From assembly GCA_905620445.1 (NCBI GenBank), contig CAJQTP010000001.1, positions 13,360 through 77,359 on the forward strand: a stretch of DNA of 64,000 nt, read 5' to 3'. Within the stretch, counting starts at the first letter, position 1. Each line of letters begins with the position of its first letter. The notes under the pieces were generated by a model, which was given only the letters and a program-made list of their open reading frames with translations, had not been told where the DNA came from and did not search any database. Both the position numbers and the translations under genes were made by a program. The DNA comes from an uncultured Candidatus Thioglobus sp. Lineage in GTDB: Bacteria > Pseudomonadota > Gammaproteobacteria > PS1 > Pseudothioglobaceae. Below are positions 53,910 through 63,927 of this stretch, piece by piece.

Positions 53910-54116
53910 GCTGAACATTGGGTTGTTGTCAAGGGCATTGCTTTAATAACTTACGGTGAAAAAAAATATAAATTAACAGAAAACCAATCGACCTATATTC
54001 CTAAAGGTGAAATTCATCGTCTAGAAAATCGTGAGAAAAATCCATTAAAAATTATTGAAATACAAACCAGCAACTATTTAGGTGAAGATGACATTATTCG
54101 ATTAGAGGATGATTAA
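53910..54116 (+). pseudogene. manC: 3' remnant of bifunctional mannose-1-P guanylyltransferase/mannose-6-P isomerase (cupin C-terminus)
   Basis: Hand translation AEHWVVVKGIALITYGEKKYKLTENQSTYIPKGEIHRLENREKNPLKIIEIQTSNYLGEDDIIRLEDD*; in-frame stop upstream at 53886-53888 and no start codon ahead of the motif. Confidence 0.88.
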
Positions 54117-55182
54117 AAACGGAATTAACTGCTTCATTGTACTTATTTATTACATTCTCAACTGTAATATTATTAACATTATTCTTATCATAAAGAGAAA
54201 AGGCACAAATAGATTCAGTCAATTGCATTTGAGTTGTAAGCTTAGCAAATAAAGCTACTATCGGAGTATTAACAGCGTTTGCTGAATGCATAAGGCCACC
54301 ATCACAGCATAATAAAATTTGAGCTTGCTTAATTATTTGAGATGTTTGGTTAAAAGTAAATTTTGCTACACAGTTAATTATATTGTAATCAGAAAACTTG
54401 TCAAATATAACTTTTGCACTATCTTTAGCGTTGTCTGAACCAATAAGAATTATGTTTATATTATTATCTTTACTTATTAATTTTTCAATTACACAATCCC
54501 ACTTATTGTAAGTTCTATATTTCCACTCTCCACCAAGTGCAATCATGATATATTCTGCAGGCAAACCTATATTCTTAACAATTTCTTTATCCTGATTTGA
54601 AATACACAAAGAAACTTTAGATGAAGAATTTATATCAACTTCACTCTTTATATAACCAAGTAAATGGTTCATTTGATGAAAGCTAAAAAGTACCCGATTT
54701 ACCTCAGGCCCATTGTAATACCCAAACATTCCAATGTAAGGAGTTGTTGAAGCTAAATTAGATTTAATATTAATACTTCTTGTACTATATGAGTCAATAA
54801 TGACTAGGTCATATTTTGAACTGCCTACTGCCTCTTTCTTTGTATAAACATTTGCAAATACTTGATCATCATCGTAAAGAATAGCATTTTTTTTATCAGT
54901 AAATAAATCTATATTCTTGTCTTTAAGCATTACTCTACTAGATAAATCCATTAGACTATCCCCAAGACTGGGTGCCGATAGATTAATCCAAAGTATTCTA
55001 TTATGGCTTGGTAATATATTAAAAACCTCGTGCTTATTTTGCCTTCTTAATAAAATATAAAAATATCGTTTTATATACTTTAACAACCGTTTAAATGCAG
55101 AAGTTTCTTCAAGGAAAGCCTGGGAATAGTTTGGAATACCAAACTTAAATGGCAACGTATATGTTTTTTTGTAATCTGACAT
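54094..55182 (-). CDS. Glycosyltransferase family 9 (heptosyltransferase-like)
   Basis: 'SLGDSLM', 'CDGGLMHSANAVNTPIVALF' GT9 motifs. Confidence 0.8.
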   Translation of the reverse strand: MSDYKKTYTLPFKFGIPNYSQAFLEETSAFKRLLKYIKRYFYILLRRQNKHEVFNILPSHNRILWINLSAPSLGDSLMDLSSRVMLKDKNIDLFTDKKNAILYDDDQVFANVYTKKEAVGSSKYDLVIIDSYSTRSINIKSNLASTTPYIGMFGYYNGPEVNRVLFSFHQMNHLLGYIKSEVDINSSSKVSLCISNQDKEIVKNIGLPAEYIMIALGGEWKYRTYNKWDCVIEKLISKDNNINIILIGSDNAKDSAKVIFDKFSDYNIINCVAKFTFNQTSQIIKQAQILLCCDGGLMHSANAVNTPIVALFAKLTTQMQLTESICAFSLYDKNNVNNITVENVINKYNEAVNSVFNHPLIE

Positions 55183-55317
55183 TAAAATAGTTCAAAACCA
55201 AAATATTCATATATTTCATATTTATCAATTTTTTATAAGACGCAGATATTTCGTTCATGGGTCTTAACATTTCAAATCAAACTATGATATCACAATGTTT
55301 TAATTCTATTACTAAGG

Positions 55318-55668
55318 TCAATCAAAAGTATAGTAATTAACCTCTAATTTTGAGATTTTGGTGGGGAAATATTGTTTCCTTACCTGCTCAATCCTTAGGT
55401 CATGTTCGTGTTTTCTCTTTAAGACTGAGATAACGGATGAAGAGAACCACTTCTTCCCTGAATGAGTCTTTATTCCACTTTGATTCAACCATTTTGATAT
55501 CTTCTTATAATCCCACCCTTCTCTATCATGAAGATGTTGTATAAGAACATAAATGATCTGTTGTCGTTTAGTGTATTCTTTTTGGTAAATGAGTTTGTTG
55601 GATTGGAATTCGATTGAGAATTCTAGACATGGAATTACGGATTCATATAGGGTTCCATCCGAAAACAA
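55318..55668 (-). CDS. Small protein with a serine-recombinase DNA-binding (Recombinase) domain and no catalytic domain
   Basis: 'GWDYKKISKWLNQSGIKTHSGKKWFSSSVISVLK' matches the I-x-x-x-LN-x-x-G-x-x-T-x-x-G-x-x-W-x-x-x-x-V pattern. Confidence 0.7.
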   Translation of the reverse strand: MFSDGTLYESVIPCLEFSIEFQSNKLIYQKEYTKRQQIIYVLIQHLHDREGWDYKKISKWLNQSGIKTHSGKKWFSSSVISVLKRKHEHDLRIEQVRKQYFPTKISKLEVNYYTFD

Positions 55669-55728
55669 TCCATCACTGTCGAGTGAGTTTAAATGTGTTC
55701 TTTATAATCTATTTATCTAAATAACGCA

Positions 55729-56397
55729 TTATTTAATGTAATAGGTTATGCCAATTGATTTAGAAAAAAAGATATTTTTAAGTTTAATGTTTTTATCAAT
55801 CGTTATTATTTTATCTAAGCACTTTTTAACACCACTATTATTAATAGTATTTTTAGTATCATGGAATGCAATAATTCCACCCTCGCAAACAAAATCTTTA
55901 TATAGAAGATAGTCTGCTAAAACACTTTTATAACTATGGTCACCATCGATAAATAATAAATCTAATTTTTTATTTTTTAATACCATGTCAATTTTCTCTA
56001 ATGATGATGGATCATGGGACATTCCAAAAATAAATTTTGATTTATTATCATCAAGAATAAACTTATTGTAGAATTTATTTGTATTTTCTCTAAAAGCAAA
56101 TACTCTTTCTTTTTGACTTTCAACTGTTATAACTTTTTCAAAAAGGTGTCTCCATAAAAAATGAGTGCTACCATAATAACCTAGACCAATTTCCAAACAA
56201 ATACCATTTTTATTTTGTAACAATACCTTAGTAAACTCATATATTTCTTCTCTAACTTGCTGAATACCATAATTTTCCGAAATATTAAAATCATAATCAA
56301 TATTTTCATCATAATCATAAGAAATATATTTTTTTGTTCCATGTAGACTGACCCATTTATCTAAATTATTAAATATTTGTTCAATATTTTTTTTCAT
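55729..56397 (-). CDS. Class I SAM-dependent methyltransferase (Methyltransf_24-like)
   Basis: 'LEIGLGYYGST', 'DLLFIDGDHSY', 'GGIIAFHD'; very AT-rich. Confidence 0.85.
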   Translation of the reverse strand: MKKNIEQIFNNLDKWVSLHGTKKYISYDYDENIDYDFNISENYGIQQVREEIYEFTKVLLQNKNGICLEIGLGYYGSTHFLWRHLFEKVITVESQKERVFAFRENTNKFYNKFILDDNKSKFIFGMSHDPSSLEKIDMVLKNKKLDLLFIDGDHSYKSVLADYLLYKDFVCEGGIIAFHDTKNTINNSGVKKCLDKIITIDKNIKLKNIFFSKSIGITYYIK

Positions 56398-56916
56398 TAC
56401 TCATTTCCCTTAACATACATTTTAAATATTATCTGACGATATTAATTATAGTTTATGTGATTTTTTGCTCTAATCTTGCTTATTCTACTTAACTTTCCTG
56501 CAGAAAAATTATCTAATTTCAACGTATGCCAATTAACATAGATTGGCATGAAGCAAGATGATGCAAAACATCCCTATTCAAACTTCTATTTGCTCTCAAA
56601 CTTTGTTGTCATTCGTAAAGATTCTTATTAGAAGGTTTCATATTGCTGATTTGCTAAAGTGTGATTACCGACAAGCAAGAAGATTTTAAAAGTAGTTAGG
56701 AAGTAAAAAAAAAATTAAAATCTATTATCTATTATATTGCTATGGTGGAGTAATTTCACGTATACATGTTTACCAATTCTATTACACTGCCTAGAGGTCA
56801 CAATTGAGATAAAGTCTTACAGTCTCATTTATAACCCAATTACTACATAATAAAATATGCAGAAAAATAAAGATTAATAATTTATAATATTTTTCATAAT
56901 AAGATGTAGGAATTAG

Positions 56917-57768
56917 ATGAAAAAAATATTAATAACAGGTGGTGCTGGATTTATAGGAAGTAGTCTTTGTGAGCGATTAATCCAAGAAAATAATGAAGTT
57001 TATTCTTTGGATAATTACTCTACAGGCTCTAAAAAAAATCATATAGATGGAGTTAAATATATTAAAGGCTCTACATTGGATATTGATAAGTTGGTTTTAT
57101 TCTCGCCAGATGTTATTTATCATTTTGGGGAATATTCAAGGGTAGAACAAAGTTTTGATGATATTGAAACTGTTTTTGTTTCAAATAAAATTGGTATATT
57201 CAATGTTTTACAATTTTGCAGAAAACATGGATCAAAAATTATTTATGCTGGAAGTAGTACAAAATTTGGTGATGGAGGCCTAGGAAGGAATCAAAGTCCC
57301 TATGCGTGGAGTAAATCAAGCAATACTGAGTTAGTTGTAAACTTTGGATCTTGGTTTAATATTCCATACGCTATTTCATATTTTTACAATGTATATGGAG
57401 ATCGAGAAATTTCAACAGGAAAATATGCCACTTTAATTGCTTTATTCAAAGAACTTTCCAGAAAAGGTGATCCATTAACTGTTGTGAAGCCAGGCTCTCA
57501 AAGAAGAAACTTTACTCATATTGATGATATCATTAATGGGTTAGTTTTAATTGAAAATGAAGGATTTGGAGATGAGTTTGGAATAGGAAGTCTGGAGTCA
57601 TTTACAGTTTTAGAAATAGCTCAAATGTTTGGTGGAAAAATAATAATGCTCCCAGAAAGACAAGGGAATAGAATGTCTGCTGAAGTAAAGGTGGAAAAGC
57701 TACAGTCATTAGGATGGGAGTGTAAGAACTCTGTAAAAGATTATATTAATGATTTTAAAAAAAAGTAA
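56917..57768 (+). CDS. NAD-dependent nucleotide-sugar epimerase/dehydratase
   Basis: 'TGGAGFIGS', 'YAWSK' (YxxxK), 'YFYNVYG', 'RNFTHIDD'. Confidence 0.9.
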   Translation: MKKILITGGAGFIGSSLCERLIQENNEVYSLDNYSTGSKKNHIDGVKYIKGSTLDIDKLVLFSPDVIYHFGEYSRVEQSFDDIETVFVSNKIGIFNVLQFCRKHGSKIIYAGSSTKFGDGGLGRNQSPYAWSKSSNTELVVNFGSWFNIPYAISYFYNVYGDREISTGKYATLIALFKELSRKGDPLTVVKPGSQRRNFTHIDDIINGLVLIENEGFGDEFGIGSLESFTVLEIAQMFGGKIIMLPERQGNRMSAEVKVEKLQSLGWECKNSVKDYINDFKKK

Positions 57769-57856
57769 AAATGGCCTGAAGCTAATTTTTTATCTTAAAG
57801 ATTCATTTTTATATGTATGGTATAACACTCCAATATATTAATTTAGGAAAAATAAA

Positions 57857-58687
57857 GTGATTTCAAAATGTCTTTTCCCTGCAGCAGGATATGGAACTCG
57901 ATTCCTCCCTGCTACTAAAGCTGTACCCAAAGAAATGTTACCAATTCTTACTAAACCTTTATTACAATATGGAGTTGAAGAGGCTATTTCTGCTGGTATA
58001 AAAAATATGGCAATTGTTACTGGTAGAGGAAAACGCTCTATTGAAGATCATTTTGATAACTCCTTTGAGCTAGAATCACAATTAAGTGGAACTTCAAAAG
58101 AACATTATCTCTATGAAATTAAAGATGTAATAGAAAAAGCAACTTTTACTTACGTCCGCCAGCAAGAAATGCTCGGATTAGGTCATGCTATTCTTACAGG
58201 TGAGCCTTTAATTGGTAATGAACCATTTGCTGTAATTCTTGCAGATGACTTATGTGACTGCGATAATGCTGGTGTGCTTCAACAAATGATTGAAATTTAT
58301 AAAAAATATGAATGCTCAATAGTTGCGATAGAAGAAGTCCCTAACTCTGAAGTTCATAAATATGGGATAGTTGAGTGCAAAGCAATCAACAACTCTGAAG
58401 ATATCTTCCATGTTACAAACATGATAGAGAAGCCATCTCCAAAAAACTCGCCAAGCAATATGGCAATTATAGGAAGGTATATCTTGACTCCAGATATCTT
58501 TAACATTCTTAGAAAAATTAGCCCTGACCATTCAAGTGAAATTCAAATAACTGATGCGTTACTTGCTCAAGCTAAAAGCGGCAATGTAATAGCCTACAAA
58601 TTTAAAGGCAAACGTTTTGATTGTGGAGACGTTAATGGATATGTTAAAGCAACAAATTTTTTTGCTAGAAAGGAAGGTATTATTTAA
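57857..58687 (+). CDS. galU: UTP-glucose-1-phosphate uridylyltransferase
   Basis: 'PAAGYGTRFLPATKAVPKEMLP', 'GLGHA', 'EKP', 'GRY', 'EIQITDA'. Confidence 0.96.
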   Translation: MISKCLFPAAGYGTRFLPATKAVPKEMLPILTKPLLQYGVEEAISAGIKNMAIVTGRGKRSIEDHFDNSFELESQLSGTSKEHYLYEIKDVIEKATFTYVRQQEMLGLGHAILTGEPLIGNEPFAVILADDLCDCDNAGVLQQMIEIYKKYECSIVAIEEVPNSEVHKYGIVECKAINNSEDIFHVTNMIEKPSPKNSPSNMAIIGRYILTPDIFNILRKISPDHSSEIQITDALLAQAKSGNVIAYKFKGKRFDCGDVNGYVKATNFFARKEGII

Positions 58688-58717
58688 AACCTTGCTTCAA
58701 TAAAAATTTAAACTTAT

Positions 58718-60598
58718 TTAATTCTTATTAAGAATATCACTAATTTCAACATCTGGCTCATACTCTGGTATTGCCTCAATCAATAACTTTCTTATTTCTG
58801 AGTAATCATAATTATTGCTGGCCTGCTCCAACTTCAATAAAATAACCTTCAGATTTTTCCATTCAATAAATTCTTCATTCGCAACCAAAATCATACTATG
58901 GTCAGTCTTTGAAACGTTATCACCAATCAATAATTCTTCATAAAGCTTTTCACCTGGCCTTAATCCAGTGAAGTGAATTTCTATATCGCCATTAGGATTA
59001 TTAATGTCCTTTACATGAAGGCCACTCAATTTTATTAAATTGACAGCTAAATCTAAAATTTTAACTGGCTCGCCCATATCTAACACATAGACGCCACCAT
59101 TTTTTGCCATAGACCCAGCTTGAATTAATAGTTCAACTGCCTCTGGTATTGTCATAAAGTAGCGAACAACTTCAGGATCAGTAACTGTTACTGGTCCTCC
59201 AGCTTTAATTTGTTTTTTAAATAACGGTATAACAGAGCCAGATGAATCTAAAACATTGCCGAACCTAACCATAGTAAATCTAGTATGCTGTTGAGTTTTA
59301 GATAGGCCTTGTAAGAGCATCTCAGACAGTCTTTTGGTTGAGCCCATTATGCTTGTTGGACGAACAGCCTTATCAGTTGAAATTAAAATAAAAGTTTCAA
59401 CACGCTCACTTATTGCTGCTTGCGCACATGCTAATGTGCCAAAAACATTGTTATCAACTCCTTCTGTAACATTAAGCTCAACAATAGGCACATGCTTGTA
59501 AGCTGCAGTATGATAAATAGTTTGCACCCTATAAGTTTGAAAGATTTTTTGCAATCTTTTTTTGTTAGTTACTGAGCCTAAGAAGTAAATTATCTTGGTA
59601 TTATTTTCATTAAGGCTAGCTAATTTCTTATCTATTAAATATAAAGCAAATTCATTTAAATCATACAAGATGAGAATTTTTGGCTTTAAAAACAAAATTT
59701 GCTTACATAATTCAGAGCCAATTGATCCTCCTGCGCCTGTGACCATTACGACTTTATTAGATATGTTTAAACTAAGCACCTCTTTGGTTGAGGCAACACT
59801 AGAACGGCCAAGTAAATCTTTAATATTAATTTGTCGTAAATCTTCTATTTGAACTTTTCCTTGAACTAATTCAGTAATATTGGGTAATGATCGCACTATA
59901 ACGGGAAAAGAACTTAAAAACTTAATAATCTCTTTTCTTCTCAATCTTGAAATACTAGGAGTAGCTAATAATATCTCTTTAATATTTTTATTCTTAATAA
60001 TTTTATCAAGATTTTTTATAGCAATAACTTGTAAGCCATTTATTGAGCTACCTTGAGTCTGATAATCATCATCAATAAAGGCAATTGGGGTATATTCTTC
60101 AGAATGTTTAAGGGCTATACAAAGCTGCCGACCAGCTGAACCTGCTCCATAAATCAATACATTCAACCCTCTCTTTGATTGGCTATAATTTAACAACCAT
60201 TGGGCTGACAATCTCAATCCTCCAATTGTAAATATTGTCAATATCCAATTTATTAATATTACAGATCTTGGTAACCCCTTCATTTCTAGCATAATTGAAA
60301 ATAAAGTCCAAAGTAATATATACAATGAAGTAGCCTTTATAACAACCCACATTGCTTTAAAACCTATATATCTAATCACTGACCTATAAAGCCCAGCAAT
60401 ATAAAAAATTGGAATTGCAATTAAGTTACTAAAATAAAATAAAAGCACCATATCACCTTGAGGCCAATATAGATAATCAAGCCTCAAGGAAAAAGATAAA
60501 ATAAACGTTAGAAGGATTAAGGATGCATCTGCAAACACCATAAGACCTTGCTTAAAAATTCTATCAGAATTAATTAGCCAATTTATTATAATTCTCAT
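58718..60598 (-). CDS. UDP-GlcNAc 4,6-dehydratase (CapD/WbpM/PglF family)
   Basis: N-terminal TMs, 'YGAGSAG', 'TGAGGSIGSE', 'YKHVP', 'STDKAV', 'RFGNV', 'GLRPGEKLYEEL'. Confidence 0.92.
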   Translation of the reverse strand: MRIIINWLINSDRIFKQGLMVFADASLILLTFILSFSLRLDYLYWPQGDMVLLFYFSNLIAIPIFYIAGLYRSVIRYIGFKAMWVVIKATSLYILLWTLFSIMLEMKGLPRSVILINWILTIFTIGGLRLSAQWLLNYSQSKRGLNVLIYGAGSAGRQLCIALKHSEEYTPIAFIDDDYQTQGSSINGLQVIAIKNLDKIIKNKNIKEILLATPSISRLRRKEIIKFLSSFPVIVRSLPNITELVQGKVQIEDLRQINIKDLLGRSSVASTKEVLSLNISNKVVMVTGAGGSIGSELCKQILFLKPKILILYDLNEFALYLIDKKLASLNENNTKIIYFLGSVTNKKRLQKIFQTYRVQTIYHTAAYKHVPIVELNVTEGVDNNVFGTLACAQAAISERVETFILISTDKAVRPTSIMGSTKRLSEMLLQGLSKTQQHTRFTMVRFGNVLDSSGSVIPLFKKQIKAGGPVTVTDPEVVRYFMTIPEAVELLIQAGSMAKNGGVYVLDMGEPVKILDLAVNLIKLSGLHVKDINNPNGDIEIHFTGLRPGEKLYEELLIGDNVSKTDHSMILVANEEFIEWKNLKVILLKLEQASNNYDYSEIRKLLIEAIPEYEPDVEISDILNKN

Positions 60599-61779
60599 AG
60601 CCTAGCTTCAGATAATATGGCTTTAATAGAGGAACATGTTTTGCTTAGCTCCTGTTTTTGCAAGGTAGGATGCACTAAAAACATTAATGAAGTTTCACCA
60701 AGCTCTTTTGCATTAGTTAAGGATTTTTTAGGTCTGAAACCTGTATTATCAAAAGCTTTTTCAAGATAGACTTCAGAGCAACTACCCGAAAAGCATGGAA
60801 CTTTATATTCATTAAAGAGGTCCAGTATTTTGCTTCTATTCCAATTGCTTTTAAGCCCATCAAGACGAAGGTAAACATAGCACTTATACCAAGCATGTTT
60901 AATTGGAGATACTGGATTTTCAGCTCTAATAATTGTTGGAAAATAAGCACAAGTCTCAAGAATTTTTTGAGCATTATTAGTTCTTATTTTATTCCACTCT
61001 TTCATATGACGAAGTTGAATTCTACCAATAGCAGCTTGCATTTCAGTCATACGAAAATTTGTACCAAATGATTCATGAAGCCACTTAAATCCTTTTATAG
61101 CTTCATTTTTTGAATTCATTACAGTATTAAAATTTTTACCATGATCTTTATAAGACCACATTCTTTCCCATAATTTATGATTATTGGTTGTAATCATCCC
61201 ACCCTCTCCACCAGTAGTCATAATTTTATCTTGACAAAATGACCAGGTACCAATGTCACCAATTGAGCCTACACTCCTTCCTTTATAAAAAGCACCATGT
61301 GCCTGAGAACAATCTTCTACTATATAAAGTTTATGCTTCTGAGCTAAAGAAACTAGAGGGTCCATATCGCAGGGCCAACCACCTAAATGAACGCATATTA
61401 TAGCTTTTGTAAATTCTGTTATTACACGACCTACAGAATCCGCTGTAATATTTCCACTTTTTAAATCTACATCTGCAAAAACAGGAGTTGCTCCAACATT
61501 TACAATACAAGATATTGAAGCTATAAAAGTTCTAGGAGTAACAACAACTTCATCACCAGGTCCAATCTTCAAAGACCTAAGAGCTGCATCCAGAGCAACT
61601 GTTCCATTTGCCATTGCAATAGAGTATTTCACTCCAGCCCAATCCGAAAATTCATTCTCAAAATCTCTACATTGAGTTCCTGTCCAGTAGTTTACTTTAT
61701 TAGAAAGAAGGACTGAGCGAACTGAATTTATTTCCTCTTCAGAATATGATGGCCATGAGGAAAAATTAGAATTTGTCAT
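60595..61779 (-). CDS. DegT/DnrJ/EryC1/StrS sugar aminotransferase (PglE-like)
   Basis: 'NGTVALD', 'EDCSQAHG', 'SFCQDKIMTTGGEGG'. Confidence 0.92.
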   Translation of the reverse strand: MTNSNFSSWPSYSEEEINSVRSVLLSNKVNYWTGTQCRDFENEFSDWAGVKYSIAMANGTVALDAALRSLKIGPGDEVVVTPRTFIASISCIVNVGATPVFADVDLKSGNITADSVGRVITEFTKAIICVHLGGWPCDMDPLVSLAQKHKLYIVEDCSQAHGAFYKGRSVGSIGDIGTWSFCQDKIMTTGGEGGMITTNNHKLWERMWSYKDHGKNFNTVMNSKNEAIKGFKWLHESFGTNFRMTEMQAAIGRIQLRHMKEWNKIRTNNAQKILETCAYFPTIIRAENPVSPIKHAWYKCYVYLRLDGLKSNWNRSKILDLFNEYKVPCFSGSCSEVYLEKAFDNTGFRPKKSLTNAKELGETSLMFLVHPTLQKQELSKTCSSIKAILSEARL

Positions 61780-61789
61780 AAATTTAAAC

Positions 61790-62413
61790 CTAAGAATTAA
61801 TAATTTTAGCAGGAACCCCAGCTGCTACAACATTATTATTTAGGTCTTGAATCAAAACTGAGCCAGCGCCCAAGACAACATTGTCGCCTATACCAACCCC
61901 TTGTTTAACTGAGGCGCCGATTCCAATAAAGCTTTTTTTACCAATTGAAACATTTCCTGCCATATTGACTCCTGGTCCAATATGTGCTCCATCATTAATA
62001 AAGCTATCATGATCAATTGTTGCTGCAGTATTGATGATGCAAGCTAGTCCAATTTTTGAAAAAGGATTAATTATTACCCCTGCCATAATAGCAGTTCCAG
62101 CATCAATCTTTGAATATTTACTTACAACAGAAGTTGGATGAATAAGACTAATTAATTTAGCTGAACTGGATAGAAGTAACTCAGTTTTCTCTAAACGAGT
62201 TTTATTATCTCCAATTCCAACAATGCAGCCATCAAAATCATTTAATGATAAGAACAAATCATCGGTGTTACCAGCAACAATCCAACCTTCAATAGATTTA
62301 ATTTTGGGATATCTATCATCAAAAAAAGTGATCTCATTCCAGCCATTGAGATTAGCAATATCTGCCAATACTTTACCATGACCACTTGCACCTAAAATTG
62401 CCAATTTAGTCAT
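61790..62413 (-). CDS. Sugar acetyltransferase (PglD/NeuD family)
   Basis: 'GASGHGKV', 'DHD', hexapeptide repeats, 'GVPAK'. Confidence 0.92.
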   Translation of the reverse strand: MTKLAILGASGHGKVLADIANLNGWNEITFFDDRYPKIKSIEGWIVAGNTDDLFLSLNDFDGCIVGIGDNKTRLEKTELLLSSSAKLISLIHPTSVVSKYSKIDAGTAIMAGVIINPFSKIGLACIINTAATIDHDSFINDGAHIGPGVNMAGNVSIGKKSFIGIGASVKQGVGIGDNVVLGAGSVLIQDLNNNVVAAGVPAKIINS

Positions 62414-63006
62414 TTATTTCCTTTAAATTTAGCCATAGTTCGACCTTCTTTGGTATAAATACCTTCTTTAATAATAATTTTTTTTATTGAGATATATAAA
62501 ATTTTAATATCTAACCAAAATGACTGATTATCAATATACCAGAGATCATAAGAAAATTTTTCTCCCCAATTTATAGAATTTCTACCATTGACTTGTGCCC
62601 AACCTGTAATCCCAGGTAATACATCGTGTCGTCTAGCTTGCTTCTTAGAATAAAGAGGCAAATACTCCATTAATAATGGCCTAGGACCAACAAGACTCAT
62701 ATCACCCTTAAAAACATTCCAAAGTTCAGGCAGTTCATCGATACTATATTTTCTAATGAATAGGCCAATTGAAGTTAGTCTTAAATCATCTGCCAACATT
62801 TTTCCATCATAATCTTTTAACTCCAACATTGATTTAAATTTAATCATTTTGAAAGGTTTAGATTTATAGCCTGGTCTTAACTGAATAAAAAATATAGGCC
62901 CACTCATTGAGTATTTAATACAAACACCAACAATTATAAACAAAGGGGAAAAAACAATCAATAACAAAGCTGAACCTAGAATATCAAAAACTCTTTTAAA
63001 TAACAT
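62410..63006 (-). CDS. Undecaprenyl-phosphate sugar phosphotransferase (PglC-like)
   Basis: 'KRVFD', 'SIDELPEL', 'MSLVGPRP', 'PGITGWAQVNGRN'. Confidence 0.93.
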   Translation of the reverse strand: MLFKRVFDILGSALLLIVFSPLFIIVGVCIKYSMSGPIFFIQLRPGYKSKPFKMIKFKSMLELKDYDGKMLADDLRLTSIGLFIRKYSIDELPELWNVFKGDMSLVGPRPLLMEYLPLYSKKQARRHDVLPGITGWAQVNGRNSINWGEKFSYDLWYIDNQSFWLDIKILYISIKKIIIKEGIYTKEGRTMAKFKGNK

Positions 63007-63045
63007 TTCTTAATTTTTTATATAAATTTAAAAAATAAATAAAAC

Positions 63046-63825
63046 TTAATTTTTTGTAAATGAGATTCTATAGCTTACACCCTTATAATGACTTATATGA
63101 ATATCTTTATTATCACCTTCCGTCCACCTTTCTGCTCTACTCCTATCAATAAATTGAACTTGGGGGGCATTAAGTTTATCAAAAACATTCAAAACATTCC
63201 TATAAAAACTAAGTTTTCTAAAATTTTGGAAATACTCATAATATGGTAAAAATTTTAGTTTAGCTAAATAAATAGTATAAATTGGAAAATACATCAAAAA
63301 AGTTATTAACTTTGAAAGCAATAAGAGACTACTTCGAGACATCTTTGTTAAAAATAATTTTCTCATTGGCTCAACTAATGACCTAACCAGGAAATTACCC
63401 TCTTTGGAATAAACCCATATAATGACTTTACCACCACTTTTTACATGTCGAACCATATTTTTAACAGCTAAATCAGGGTCATCTGTGTGATGTATTACAC
63501 CAATACTAAAAACTATATCAAATTTTTTATTTAAGGACATTGATAAAATATCATCATCTATGAAAGTAATATTATTAAATTCATTATTTCTTTCTTTGGC
63601 AACTGCAATTGCATTTAAATCAACAGAAGTAATTGATTTTGCATATGGAGCTAAAAAAGAAGTATGCTGACCACCTCCACAACCACACTCCAATACGTTC
63701 TTACCAGAAAAATCATTTAGAGAGTATGGATAAATCCAATCTTGAAATAGAAATAAAGAATCATCTTGAACTAAGCTCCATTGCTCGTACCATTCAATCT
63801 GTTTTTTTTGTGAAGGGTTAATCAT
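63046..63825 (-). CDS. Class I SAM-dependent methyltransferase
   Basis: 'VLECGCGGG', 'FDIVFSIGVIHH', 'KSGG'. Confidence 0.88.
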   Translation of the reverse strand: MINPSQKKQIEWYEQWSLVQDDSLFLFQDWIYPYSLNDFSGKNVLECGCGGGQHTSFLAPYAKSITSVDLNAIAVAKERNNEFNNITFIDDDILSMSLNKKFDIVFSIGVIHHTDDPDLAVKNMVRHVKSGGKVIIWVYSKEGNFLVRSLVEPMRKLFLTKMSRSSLLLLSKLITFLMYFPIYTIYLAKLKFLPYYEYFQNFRKLSFYRNVLNVFDKLNAPQVQFIDRSRAERWTEGDNKDIHISHYKGVSYRISFTKN

Positions 63826-63927
63826 ATTTTTATTATTTTAAAAATTTTCAGTTCTTTCTTACAAAGAGAAGTTACCTGACTTCATATTTTAAATGAAAAA
63901 AAATGATAACTCCTTAAGAGTTAAAAA

